Shown in pieces: positions 25,089-38,639 of a stretch of 64,000 nt of DNA. Position 1 is the stretch's first letter. Each line of letters begins with the position of its first letter. This stretch comes from Kudoa neothunni (lineage: Eukaryota; Animalia; Cnidaria), in contig OZ199838.1 of NCBI GenBank assembly GCA_964304625.1, positions 12,467,843 to 12,531,842 on the forward strand, given 5' to 3'. The notes under the pieces were generated by a model. It saw only the letters and a list, made by a program, of their open reading frames with translations. It had not been told where the DNA came from and searched no databases. The translations under genes and the position numbers were made by a program.

Positions 25089-26399
25089 CACTACGGTAAT
25101 CAATGCTAAACGACTTGAATTTTAAAAGTTTATATATATATATTAATTCCTTTTAATATTCTAAAAAGGACTTCATGTACCCATCAATGTCTCATAATTT
25201 TTAAAGTATTTTCTTAGGATTTTGATATAGAATTAATTAGGCGTTTCCAATTATTAATTTTGGATGAACACATACCCATTCGAGTATCTGTTTCCATCAA
25301 TTTTGGCTGGACCCCGAGATAAGACTAGGGGTATAAAAAATCGATTATCGAGATGCAGTAGGTGACGACTCGTGCGCACCTGCCATGATTTAATGACCTA
25401 CACAATACTGTTACTAATTAAAATAAATCGAATAAAAGCATAACAATTATAATAAACTATTAAACCTTAGTTTTTGTTTTAATTTGCTGTAAATAAGAAT
25501 TGGTTCAAATTTACGACTCGTGGGAACTTGAAAAGAACCAAGCAGCTTCGTTCTTTGAAAGATAAAGTGGATATAACGCCATATTATGAAAGAATATCGA
25601 TTGGGGAAACCGAATAACCAAGATCCTCAATTATTTTAACTTAAAATCTTTATCTTCTATAAATAAGATTTGGGGGTAATAACGAATCCATTATGAAGTC
25701 TCATAATAGAATGAAAATTACAAACAATCACAAAAAATTTACTATTTCTATGAATGATACCCTGATTTATTGGAGCAAAATGTACAAATTTTTCAAAAGA
25801 CGAAATTACCAAATGTTATCTAAGGTCATAAATCTAGAAACGACGATTTATGATTCAAGAAGGTCAGAGCCTTACTAGTAAAATATTAATAAATTTTTCA
25901 AAGCAAAATCCAACTAATAAGTATGATAAAAACTTTTAGTTATATTTTATTGAGTATATTAATAAATTTTACGAAATTTATGCATATCGATATATATAAA
26001 ATTTATCTTGATTATTAACTCTTATTACTACTTCTCTGGAATACGGAAAATAATTTATTTGTTACGCAATACTTCCTTAAGATATAATAATTCAGTAAGA
26101 AAGTTTTCTTCATTATTATATTTAAAATCGTCCCAACCTTACGACTGAAATAAAAAATAATGTTTATTGTAATAAAATTGGATGTGTGAATTTCATTTTT
26201 TTTAATTCTTGTTGACAGAAGTCATTAGTATTATCATCACGTTGTCTAAATGGTTTGTTTCTACAAATTAAAGCCAAGGATCGACTAAGTTAATCGCATT
26301 TAATCTTTACATAGTTGTTATACAAAAATTTGTTTTTATTAATATACTTTTGAATATAAGTGCAAACAAAGTGGTAAATAAGAGAGACTAAATTGCAAG

Positions 26400-28640
26400 A
26401 GCCCACGACCCGTCGCCTACTGTATTTTCTTCCTAAAATGGAAACTTTTGAGTACCGTATTGCGGATTATAAGTATAAGACAATGTCCGTTCGTTCGTGC
26501 AAATTTTGTTACATGTTCAAAATTTATTCGTGTTTCGTTCATGTTCGTGTCCTCTTTTAGCTACATTGTGTCAAACTGGAGTATGGAGAAAGTTGAAGAG
26601 GCTTTGAAAACTGGTAGACTTTTCTCTTGGAAAAAATCTACAACGCATTCTAAATAATGGGGCGATTTCTGTTCCATCTTTACTAAAGACGGGGATGAAA
26701 CATTCCAAATTGATTTTATTGTTTGCACAAAATGCAACAAAGCATTCCTGCATAAGCCGTCTTACGGGAATAGGAGACTTATTACTCATAATAAGTTACA
26801 TACTCCAATAAATAAAGACATAAAAATTAATGAATTATTTGTTTCACCTCCCTGCATTGTTAATTTAAGCGTATCGGATCAGGTAATGTTTGACATTAAA
26901 ATTGCTAATTTTGTAGCTGAAACGATCTCTCTGTTTACAATAACGGAAAATGCATCGTTTACTGAGATGATCAATTTTTCATTTAACTTAGGCAAAAAAT
27001 TAAATCAACTTAGTACTAGGCTTAAGATTTTATCTAAAAAATGCGTTAAAAAAATAATTATGAATGAGTATGAGTGCATGTATTTAAAAATGGAAAAATT
27101 AATTAAAACAATAAGTCACAATAATATGTGCCTAACCGTTGATATTTGGGCTGATAATGCCGAAATCAATTCATTCGTTGGTATATCAGTGTTATTTGTT
27201 AAAAATTTCACCCAACAACATTTCCAACATGACATGATCCAGTTTCCTGTAAAACGCACTGCAGAAAACATTAATAAAATCTGCACGGAATTTTGTAGTA
27301 AATATTCACTTAACAAATCTGATCTAAGGATTGTTTGCTGTGGAGTCACAAACAATCTATCAGATCTAAGAGAGTTCAACACAACTAGGTGTGCTGCTCG
27401 CCGCCTTCACAGTATTATATCTCAAGGTATTTTATGTATTAAATTGATGGAAAAATTTTGACGAGTAAATAAATGTAAAAGTGATATACTTAGCGATATG
27501 CTATCTTAATCTCTCATAATTCTGTTTGGTAAATCAAGATAAAACTGCTATAATCTAAATTTAAATAATTTATGTGTATTCTAATATATTTATCGTCAAG
27601 AAGTTTATAAATAAATTTTACTTTCTCTATAATATCTTATTTTCGATTTGTTCATTATGTGTAACTTGGGATCTCAGTACAAACAGCACACCCGATTTAT
27701 CCATACTAAGGGTGAATATTGACAAACAATGCGGATCCGTTCATAAAACGGCAGATTTACAGTCCAAATTACCAATGAAAATACAATGGGACATAGTTAC
27801 GCGATCGATATAGGACGTTAGTGGCATGTTTCGATACTTTGATGTTTTGGACAAGAACGAATGTGTCGTTGTAGCTGAATTTCCCAAAATATTTTCCGAT
27901 TTCTTTGATCAGTTGGAGCAGGTAAAGGAACCATCGTCACATCTTGTAATTCGTTTAAGTTTCGTTTTTTATATTATCGTTAGATGTTTATTGTATTTTA
28001 TCGTATCAAAGAAATGATTCAAAAGCAACATGAAACTCTTATGGGCGATTGATTATTGTACGCATTTGGAAAGTTTATTGGATGAAAAATACACACAATG
28101 AATTGATATCAACCATAAAATCGTATCTTTTATCCACCCAACTTTTATAAAATTAAAATTTATTGAGTGTGAGCCTTTGCGAAATAAAGAATTAAATTTT
28201 GTGACAAACCACGTTGAGTCGTTTTTTTCTGGCATAGCTGAACCAAATTATCCACTAAGAAATCGAATTTTATGGTAAATCTTTGCTTGTAACAAACATT
28301 GAAAAAAAAATTTAAAATTAATCCCAAAGAGCCCAGAATCTTCGAAAAACCACTTAATATATTATGAACTGGATAGTGACTTGGAAGAATTTCTATCAGA
28401 TATTCAACTGTACATCAAAGAATTAGTCAACCAGGTTTACGAAAATCCGCTCATTTATTGGGAAAATTCAAAGAAAGGAAATCTTTGAAAAATTGCAACT
28501 GACGTGTACAACCGACCAGCATCCAGTTCAATGTCGGAACTGGCGTTTTCATACGCTGGAAAAATTTTATCCAAGTCTAGATATAGCCTTGAACCGAACA
28601 CGTAAAGCAAATTAGTAGTTTATATTAATAATATTAAAAA
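26400..28640 (+). mobile_element. Decayed hAT (Ac/BED-type) transposase
   Basis: Motifs LTVDIWAD, RCAAR.LH and C-terminal PASSSMSELAFSYAG...SRYSLEP, with many stops and frameshifts. Ends were not resolved. Confidence 0.75.
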
Positions 28641-28757
28641 TAAGACACCTCTGGGGTAAATTTAATTCATTCCCCTTTATTATGTGCTATTTTGCATGAT
28701 CTCAAAAGCAAACTGAACTGACTTAACTCAGCCACTTAAAAAATTCACTTCTAATTA

Positions 28758-31209
28758 CAGTCAACAACGGTTATTGCGCACTTTCTTGGGGAGTGGCAAA
28801 AAGGTACACAATACACATTCTGTGCACAATATCAATATAATCGCGCGCGCGCGCATGAAATATAAAACTCAACTTTTTTTAAACGTACTAATTAACATTT
28901 ATTTTTTGGAAAAATTGTTATAAAAGTACATTTCTATGTATATTTTACAATGTCAAATATCCTATCCGTCATTGGGTAGAAATCATTCAATCCATTTGGG
29001 GCTTAAGTTATAATGGGTCTGCGTATTTCTGAGATAGTATTATTCAGTTTCTCCGTGTTTATTACATGCGTGATGTGATCATTTTCATTTCAAATAGATT
29101 AATCGTTCTTAATAGAATAAAAAACAGATTCTATAATTCACATGTTTTTCATGATCTAACTGATCAATGAAGATACAACCACCTTGCTAGATTTATTAAA
29201 ACTTTAAACATTGAGAATCAAAGGCGAACTTGATCGTCTTGTTTATCCAGAAAGGTGTTCCTTCCGAATTAATTGCAATAAGTTTTTCTTTTAAATCTAA
29301 TTTTTGGAATTAAATTATAAACAGATTCGGATCTACCAAGGTTCGGTTGAGTACGAAAAAGCAAATGATATACGTAAGAACCATGACATATATGGGTATG
29401 CGTGTGTTTCGAATGAAGTTATTTTACGTTTAATTTAATCTTGAAATTTATGATTTCATCTTATAGAATCGGTTATATTTATATTCATTTAAATTTTTTT
29501 AACAACGATGCAATTAGATATTATTACAGTTGGAAAACGTAATAAAATATTTTTATAAAAAACGGGTTCAAAAGTCTTAATTTTCAATTGTGAAGCAAAA
29601 AAACATGGTAATTAACTCCAAAAAATGCAATTGGTTCCAACATATATTATTCATTTCTTAATACTTATCATTTATAACTATACGCCTGCTTTCAGTATTT
29701 AAACAAAATTTTTACAAGTAAACATCATTTTCAATAACTAAATTTAACATACATGCAATAAATATTGGAAGATATCTACCATCGGATTTTTTAAAAAGTT
29801 GTTTCCAACATTATAGTGATATCAACCTATATGTTATTTATAATGAAAAATAACATCTTTAATAAATTTAATCGAAAAATGTTAAACAGAAATATTTAAC
29901 TTGTTCTATACTACTTATTTTCATCATAATGATCAAAAAACAATTGATAATCTAATGTCTCATTGTAGTTTTTTCCCTGATTGCTTATAAATTAATTCAT
30001 CGTTGAAAGTCTCATTTTCCTAAAGAAATATTATACGCGGAGTTACAAAAAAATAAAATATTATGGATTTCAGGAAATAAAAAATAAAAATTCTGCTCCA
30101 TACAGTCGTTAGATTGCGTAGACATAAAAACAAAACTAGTAATGTTTCGAAGTTAGTATAAAGTATGTTTATTTTAAAAAATATTATACGCGTGAGGTAT
30201 TTTTTTATTGCGCCAGTTTAATATTTTATGTAAGGTTTAACGAATTTGTTAATCCATTCGCACCTTTATATACGTGTCCTGCAAATTTTAGAGAATAGAC
30301 ACTTTAGTTTATTATTAATCAATAAAAATTGATTTTAATTGATTCATCAAATCGAAAGAAAATAAAATTTAATTATATTATATTATACTGTTATTACTGA
30401 TTTTTGTTAGTTAGATTCTTCCAAGATTCTATTGAATCACGTATATTTTATTTATCATCAATTTGATCATTGATATTAGGCTCTCAGAGATATATGTATC
30501 AAAAAAGTCAATTTGTATTCAGTAATTAAGCTCACAGTTTTCTATATAAAATATTCAAATGTCATCCACATTGTTAACATTATCCATTTGTCATAGTTAC
30601 ATCGATAACATTAAAGATAATAAAATAGAGTTAATTTAACCCTAAAACAATCTAATAGTAAAAGAGTACATTTACGCGTTTTCATTATAACTTTTTTATT
30701 TGCGTACAATGACCAATGATTATAGTTTAAAATCAACGAATCTACTCAGATTTAAATAACAACATGCAATCCTGAAGGGAAACTGAAGTACTAAGAATTT
30801 GTACATGTGGATAAAATTTACAATTATAAAAATAATTCTGTTTTTCTGTATTGACTATTAGTTCAATTTTTGTTATTTAATAAATTAACCCAGAATAATT
30901 TTTATTAATATTAAAATAGAAAAACGTTGATATCAACATTTGATTTCATTCAACTCATTTAACATAAAAATCATCAAATAATGATAATACAATTTGATTT
31001 GAAGATATTGTTAAGTTTAATAATGACTAAAATTAGTGCGCAATACCCCTTTTCTAGCATTTATAAAAAAATTCTTAAATAAATAATTCCAAATGTTTCC
31101 TTAATAGCTTATAAGACTGATAAGATAGAACTGCACTTTAGAAAATGATAAAATAATGACACAACGAAAAGTGCGAAATATCCACCTACGCAATAACCGT
31201 TGTTGACTG
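28758..31209. mobile_element. Non-autonomous pogo/Tigger-like element, 2.45 kb
   Basis: Perfect 21-bp TIR CAGTCAACAACGGTTATTGCG with TA on both sides. No intact ORF. Confidence 0.88.
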
Positions 31210-31507
31210 TATTAGACTTTAAAATTAAGGTTTGAAAGTTTTTTATCTTTCTAAAAAACGTTTAGACAGATTTGACAATAATGTAACTGAATATAGCGAG
31301 GTTCTGTTTCGTAAATCGATTTAATTATCTTTGAATAAACCATTGATATCAAATTTTTATTTGGTATGAAAATAAGAAATTATGACATGAGATAACATAC
31401 CTCAAAAATGCCAATAAATCAAGGTAAAGTTCGAAATTGTTTATACTCAATGCTTCATATTTTTTCCGCTTGAAATTTAATATTAATTTCATATCTAAGA
31501 TCATTTT

Positions 31508-32776
31508 GGTAATAATAAAGTATGCGGCACCTAAAAACGACCTCTTGCACATGTTTTTTGAATTTCTTTTTTTCAACAAACATTGAATTGCCCTCTATTT
31601 TGTTTTGACAATCATTCATAAATTGGTTACGATTCATATTTTTTACCATATTAGCATAAATTTTACAATATCAGATTTATTTATACATTTTTTCATTGGT
31701 TTTAAGTGTGAATAGTTTAAAAACGAGAAAACAACCACGTGCTCTCAAAACGTGTTTCCTTAGGTTTCTTAGAATTGGTGAGTTTTTTTAATAATAAGTC
31801 AACACTATATTTTAGATAAACATTTAATTTCAATAGGTAAATAACTTAAGGTTGATTATATGAAGTTATTATTTTATTCGAGGAATTCTTACATGTATTT
31901 AGTATAACATTCGATGAACGCAAAAATGTTGTTATTATAAATTCAAATAATTGTTATTTCTATAAATTTATTAGTTTTAATCAATTATATGTGTACCGAT
32001 AAAAACAATAACCTTAGTTAACATATTGTGTTTACATAATGCAGTATACTCAATTTGTAAATCTTGTCGAATTTGTTGTTACCAAATTTGGACATACAAC
32101 AAAATTTGCGAAACAATAAACTTTTACTTAATATTTTTTTCAATATTTTACAAATACTTCAAGATAAAAAAATTTAATATTATCATTTTAAAAACTAAGT
32201 TTCTGAATTTTAATAATTAAAGTTGAATAAATTCTTAATTTCTAATAAAAAAATTATTAACTAGAACAAATTGTACGACATCAATGTCTATTTTTAAATT
32301 TCGAAAAGTATTTTCATTATAATGAAAAATGAGATTTTTTTGTTAAATTTTCAGGAAGTTTATTTTTAAAGTTAATCCATATAACATTGTTATATATCAG
32401 TAGTAAAAAATCTAAATAGTAATAAGAAATAAGAAAACGAAAAATTTCAATGTTTGTTTAAAAAGGATGGAGATTACACGAGTATCGGATAGCGTTCGGA
32501 TGAAAAATTGTTAAAATTTAGAAGTTATTATTTTGAGCAGAATTTTTGTTTTCCATATTCTTATTTTATCATGGAAAAATGTGAAAAAAGGAATTCAAAA
32601 ATCATGCGTAAGAGGGCGTTTTTAGGTGCCGCTGTGGCGTATCCACATATTAATTGTAGCGCGTAATCGTGCGCCGGTGCTATGGTCCATAGTCCAGTAA
32701 TAAGGTCCCGCCACTTTTAACGTTGAAGGTCATGGGTTCGACCCTAGTCCGCTACACCGCATACTTCACCACTATC
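31508..32776. mobile_element. Long-TIR non-autonomous DNA element, copy A (possibly Merlin-like)
   Basis: Inverted ends GGTAATAATAAAGTATGCGGCACCTAAAAACG.CCTCTT. The interior is the reverse complement of about 39990-40790. The right TIR is interrupted by a 124-bp insert. Confidence 0.75.
32633..32756 (+). mobile_element. Solo-LTR-like insert containing a tRNA-Lys(UUU)-like sequence
   Basis: Termini TGTGGCG...CGCTACA, CCGC TSD on both sides, A-box-like TAGTCCAGT, anticodon loop CTTTTAA, and B box GGTTCGACCC. Confidence 0.8.
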
Positions 32777-32937
32777 CCTGCACACGAAATGCACGAATGG
32801 TTTCGTTAACTATAGCTGTTCTTCTTTTAAATAGTTATTTTGATTAAATTATTTAAAAATATACATTAATTTATAGTTTTAAGGAATTTAGATAAGTAAA
32901 TGTTTATCAAAATTTGAGATAATGGGTTCCAGATCAG

Positions 32938-33700
32938 GAAATAGTTAGGGTAGGATTGGGCATCTAAAACACACTCTTTTGGAAATTTTCCCGCCTCTTC
33001 TTTCTTAATTGTTAATAATAATATGGAAGAATATTAAGAGAAATAATTCAGATAATTATGATAACTCCTAATTTAGGTGATAAATTCCGAATAAAGCACA
33101 ATCGACACGTGTAATCTCCGTTAAATTGCCATAAGCCAATGAAAACTTATTTTATTGTCAATTTTTAACTTCTAAATTTAATATAGATTTGAAAAACTTA
33201 TATATTGTTCTTTTATAAAATTATATGACTAAACCTTTGATGTAAGCTTTACACGTCATTTTATAATTTATAAATTATCGTATTTATTATATTGACTATA
33301 ACTTTTGAAAACACATAAAAATAAATTAAAAATTTTCTAGTTTATGTATTTTTTGGTTAATATACTTGAATTATAAGAAAAGTTATAATCGTTTTATCAC
33401 AAAATTTTTGTAGTTACAAAATAATTAACCTTATGAGTTTGCTACACTCTTAATTCGTAAAAAAATGTTCGTCAATTATTTTTTGAATATTCAATTTTAA
33501 AGGAAGCTAATTTTCCAAAATAAAATTGAGCGTTTTCTTGTTCAATAAATATTATTTAAAAAGTAACTGTTATGTATAAATTATTCTATTTTATAACGTA
33601 TTTAATCTATATGTACATTTCTCTGAGGTAATTTAAAGGATTAGTATAATTTTGAAACGATTTAAAGGAATTTTTCAATTCAGAATATTCCCCATTCCGG
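32938..33700. mobile_element. Older, diverged copy C of the long-TIR family
   Basis: GGCATCTAAAAC.CACTCTT and ACACGTGTAATCTCC match the family TIR. Right boundary is uncertain. Confidence 0.45.
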
Positions 33701-33732
33701 TCGAAGTTGGGCAATGTGCACTATATTATATA

Positions 33733-34620
33733 TAGTCATGCCTCGGTATTGCGTAGTATATAGGGACTACCGAGTTACTACCAACAACATTACTACTCAT
33801 ATCACATTGTGCATATGCGCATTATACACAAAAATCAATTTAAATGACAAAAATAATGTAATTTTCTTTTTTCAACATCTTTACATAACTAATTATTTTT
33901 TATTTATTTTTAGAATATCTGATTTTCAAACCATAAAAAGATAGTAAATCACATAGACTTTCCGAATTTTCGTTTATAAAGGTTTATCTAAGAGTTCCTA
34001 AGACCTCCTTATTCTTAGATGTTGACATTTTAACAATTAATTGTTCCTTTTCGTATTCATCATCTGAGTTACTGGCGTATGGTTCGCTGCTAAATTAGGC
34101 CATTAATGAAGTCTTCACTTTATATACGTTTCGTCTCTTAAAAATGTCACAGCAGGAAAAGTCTTGTTCTCTCAATAGTATTTTACCGAGGGTTGAATGT
34201 TCTTTATATTTAAACTACATTTATTACAAAAACATAATTATTCGATTATCAAGACCGAATTTCGAAGCGGTCAATTTTTTGAATTCTTCATCGACTTAAC
34301 TGAATTATAATAACTGATAATTTCATGTTTCTCATCGTTACCTCCCTGTTTTCTTAATATGGTCAAATCTACTTCACAACATCGAATCAAAAAATTTTTC
34401 GAGACCCTAGAATTGCAACGCAAAACAAAATTATTATGCAATATTGACTGAAAACGACTTCTTATTAATTAATGTTTTATTAATAATTATTTTACATATA
34501 TTTTATGAGATAATAATGCATATCTTACTTAGCAGTATCAACATTTATGAACGGTCAGGAAATTCAAGAGATATTAGGCAACTAAGTTTTCCCGAGTAGC
34601 GCAATATCGAGGCACGACCG
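33733..34620. mobile_element. pogo/Tigger-like non-autonomous element
   Basis: Inverted ends GTCATGCCTCGGTATTGCG / CGCAATATCGAGGCACGAC. Confidence 0.65.
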
Positions 34621-35231
34621 TTATCGGAATGAAAATATTTTCGCGTTATTTTTAGTTAATTTCTCCGCGTTCAACTGTTTATGTGATTTGTGACAACTTG
34701 CATGCCTAACAAACTTAATTAACACCACTTTGAAAAACAGCCGTCTCAAAAGAAAGAGTTAAGAAGTTCCTACATCATAATTTTTATTTGCCGTAGTTTA
34801 ATCTGGTCAAAAAATAAATTTCGTTTTTTATATTCATAGACATCCGTAAAAAGACGTGAAACTACTTTGAGCGAAACGTTGAATAATTCTAAGTTAACGG
34901 CCGAAATATGGTACCTTTAGTAAACTATCAAGCGCATCAACTTAGTTTAAGAATGCCACGCAAAATTATCCCCTGATGCTACTCACAGTCTAACCACCCG
35001 TAACAAAACTTTGGGTAATAAAAACGCAGATAACAAAATAAATTTTGATAATTAAAATCAAAATGAAATTCCTGGAAAATACTTTGCGCATTCTCAATAC
35101 AAACTAACATATTTTAATTCAAACCCATAACATTCATTCACAAGCGCAACGCAAAAAATAAACTGAAAATAAGATTTCAACCAAAGTTAAAAGATGAGTA
35201 CAGTTGAAAAAATGGAATAAGATTCAACTAA

Positions 35232-36545
35232 TCAGCTAGAGCTTTCATCGGTGGATGAATCAGAGTCGTCGCTTCCCTCAACTATCTTGTATCTTTCAGG
35301 GACAGGAGAGGAAGAAGGCGAGGACTCCATACTTTGGATAGCTTTGGAAGATTTTTTAGGACTATGCACTGAATTACTCTTGTTAGCAACTTGACTTAGA
35401 TTAATGTTGCTTAGGAATTGGGAAATGATCGGCTGTTCCAGGAGTGGACGGAGTCGCTTGGTCACCATAATGTGATGGCCAATTTTTTCAATAAGTTCTG
35501 GGTTATCGGATTTGATCCTATCAACAAATTGTTGCAAATGTTCTGCGTACTTTTTTTTGATTTCGGTCAACTCTTCAAACGAACATTTTGAAAAACTGAG
35601 TCCGGCAATTGATCGCCTCTTTTTGTAGGGGAGATCAGGCTCAGTTAGTTTCAGATCAGCGGCCTTATAACTGATATAGAAATCTCTTAGCACAGTGGTT
35701 GGATAGTTGTAATTTTCAATGATGTAGGCTTCGTCATGAGGTCCGTCAGCTAACTTGGACTTTCTTTTTCTCTTAGTTCTATCGGAGCCAACTCCGTTTT
35801 TTTCGTTCTCCTTTGCAGCCGCATCATTATAGAGTTGCTTCTCTTCATCTGAGAGTTTATTCCAACGTTTAGCAATTTTTTTGTGTATCCCAATAAATTT
35901 CAATTCAGGATATTTTTCCTTGATTTGTTGACGTTGCTCATTCTGGAATATACCATACCCAGATTGGGTTGGTATTTTGAAGAGCTTTTCAATTGCTTGA
36001 TCGCACTCCAAAAGAATCTCTGAGAGTGGTCGTTCCACTTTGATATGTCTACATATCTCGAACCAGTTGTGTTTGAGATGATTGATATCCTTCACCGAAT
36101 ACCCCTTCTCAGTCATCATTTGCATCACCTCCTTCCAAGGGATGTGCTTGCGGAATATGGCATCAGTTTTGCTTTTTTGTTTCTTATCTGAAAACCACTC
36201 GTTTATGGATTCCACTATTTGTTCATAGTATGCTTGCGGATGGCGTTTTTTTCTAGTATCCACGTTGACAATGGTGTCACTGTCGCCACTTGCATCAGCA
36301 TCAACTTCGGGCTCTTCTTTCATATGCTTTGAAGATTTGTGCTTACTATACGAGTGTGCATGTTCCATTTTTTTTTCGATGTGGTCCGAGTCTATAGAGG
36401 AAGACTTGGCAACTGACACCTTCGATCTCTTAGGCATACTGGTACGAACGTAGGTGCTGCTAAATTCGGTACCACTCGCATATCCGGTTTCCTTGCAGAC
36501 TACCGCTCGCTCTCCTCCGAAATCGTTAAACTATTCTCACACCAT
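35232..36545 (-). CDS. UBTF: UBF-like HMG-box protein (RNA polymerase I upstream binding factor family)
   Basis: 401-aa open exon at 35232-36437. It contains a UBF-type N-terminal segment (HIPWKEV...LKHNWFEICRHIKVERPLSEILLE), a clear HMG box, a degenerate second box ending in NPEL, and an S/D/E-rich tail. A probable upstream ATG-GT exon at 36541-36545 joins in frame through a 102-nt GT-AG intron. Confidence 0.75.
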
Positions 36546-36672
36546 CTTGAGAGAGGTGTAGCTCTATTTTCACTCAATTATTCAACTTTAATAAATTGCA
36601 TTTTATCGAGTGAATGCATAATTAAATTCAAAAACTGTGATATAACACAACAGGGTGGCAGCCCGTCGATAC

Positions 36673-37256
36673 TGTTACCTCTTTTTCGATTGGTTTATAT
36701 CTTATTTGCGAGGAATTCAACAAAACCCCTTTCAATCAAAACAATCACTCGCTATGTTTTCTCTAATTGGGAATCAATATTTAATGTGCTATTATGTTGT
36801 TAAATATGAACTGTTGATAATTTTATCAGATTGAATAGCATTAATAAGGACTTGGGGTTGAACCGGGGTTAGAATTAATGAGCACTATACATGAAAGAAC
36901 AATCAAACAGCGACACCCCCAAAAGTCGCTCATTTCACCAGCTTAGGCTCTAATCCCCCTGAGACCAGCTGCATAAACTCGCTCATCTAAACAGGTGTTT
37001 AATACCTAGTTGGAAATGTGAGTTATGATGTTTATAAGCTCTCAATAATCTTTCTTATCAAATTAATGAGGAGAAATACCAGTTGGTTTGTTCTAAAAGA
37101 AGGTTACTATGGTTTTGTTGTCCGTCCAAGTTATCTGTACGACCTCGATGTCATCGGGCGGATTGTGTGCTATCTTCGTGCTGACACCGAGATTTCATAA
37201 AAGCCTTGAGTTGAACCCTCCTGGGTACGGCTAGGCAATTTGTTGTTATGGTAACA
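36673..37256. mobile_element. Candidate solo LTR
   Basis: GC-richer block bounded by a 7-bp inverted repeat TGTTACC...GGTAACA. No convincing TSD. Confidence 0.3.
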
Positions 37257-38639
37257 AGCCGAATTACACTCGTGCATTTTCTATCAAATAATAAATTTTT
37301 ATGCTTAAATTAAGGCTCCACGACCAATAAACTTTCGAAATTGCAAAGCTAATTTATTTTTATATGAAAACAAGATTTAAGTGTCCCTCTATATAATGCA
37401 TCACTAGCACTAGAGCTAGAGTTTACAGGTGTGCCACGTCACAAAGCGGCATAGTTCAATAATCCTAATCAAAAGTACATCTTTTTATATACATCACGCC
37501 TACGTTTTTGATGTGGTCCTCGTTCTTGTTTGTCAGTTGTGGCTTACTTTTAAACAGAAATATTTGATCATATTTTTAAAATTTTCGATGATATCTTGAA
37601 GATTTGTAAGTCCAATTGCACTATGTGTACTCAACATGGTCGCTGATGCTAACTGACAATTTTTTAAAAATGCTTGTTTAATCCTTCCAGCATTGTTGGG
37701 GAAAAAGTTAACCGTGTCGAAATGGAGTCATTTACTGACATGAGAAAAAAATTAAAGTTGATGAATTTTTATTGCGCTTACACTTATATGAATCAACTTA
37801 TATTATTGTGCTGAGCTAAAAGAACCAAAATTAAACTGAATTTTCATTTCTTTCATTACAAAAAACGACATTGTTTATCAACCGCATCATTTTGTACACC
37901 AGAAAAATGCGTGGTTTAAATCGGACAAATTCAAACCATGATAATGACTTTGTAGGCAGAACTCATTCATTAAGTTGGGACCTTAAAAAACAAAATTTAG
38001 CATGATTTATACCACCAGGGATCAATCACACATTACGGACACCTTTCGTTTGTTGTCGTTATAAGCGGATTTTGGATCTCAATGGCGCGAGATTCTGTAT
38101 GTGTGTTGTTTGTTGATTTCTTCTGCATTAGTTTGATGCAATATGATACAGTATTTCAACATCAATTTGCAAGTGAGACGAATTCTTTAAGATTATAATA
38201 GGCATTACGTAATTAAATCAACAGGGTGGATCTAAAAATGTGTATTTAATTTTATGAATTTACTTTAATAATTAAAATAAGAGAAAACTTAAATATTTTA
38301 ACTCGAGTCCTTATTTAGGTTTACATCAATTATGTAAAAACACATATCGACATTTTTCTGGAAGGAACCGTTTATTAATGAATATTTATTTTAAGATAAT
38401 TAATATTTCCCATCGAATTCAACTCCCCCCCTTATAAAAGTTTATTATTCTTTCCTGAATATGGTGCGATTTAGCCCATTAATTTAATACGATGCCAAAA
38501 GCCGCCCCGAACAAAGAAATTTATTCCCGAAATGACAAAAAATAATATGATAATTAATTTTCGATAATTTCAGAATTAAGGCATCTAATGAAGTATGTCT
38601 CTGAGTGTTTAAAATAATCCGAACATTGTTGATAAGATA

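Noticed and set aside
32682-32756. Functional tRNA-Lys gene
   Set aside because: The acceptor, anticodon and T stems pair poorly, and the sequence lies inside a TSD-flanked insert.
1-36545. Functional cluster of ribosome-related genes (TBL3, RPS19, MetAP1, UBF)
   Set aside because: The genes are interspersed with unrelated genes, and housekeeping genes dominate reduced genomes, so chance is sufficient.
36651-36660. CAGGGTGGCA, identical to the hAT-like end at 3488
   Set aside because: It is only 10 bp with no partner TIR, and cannot be told apart from a promoter word or a chance match.
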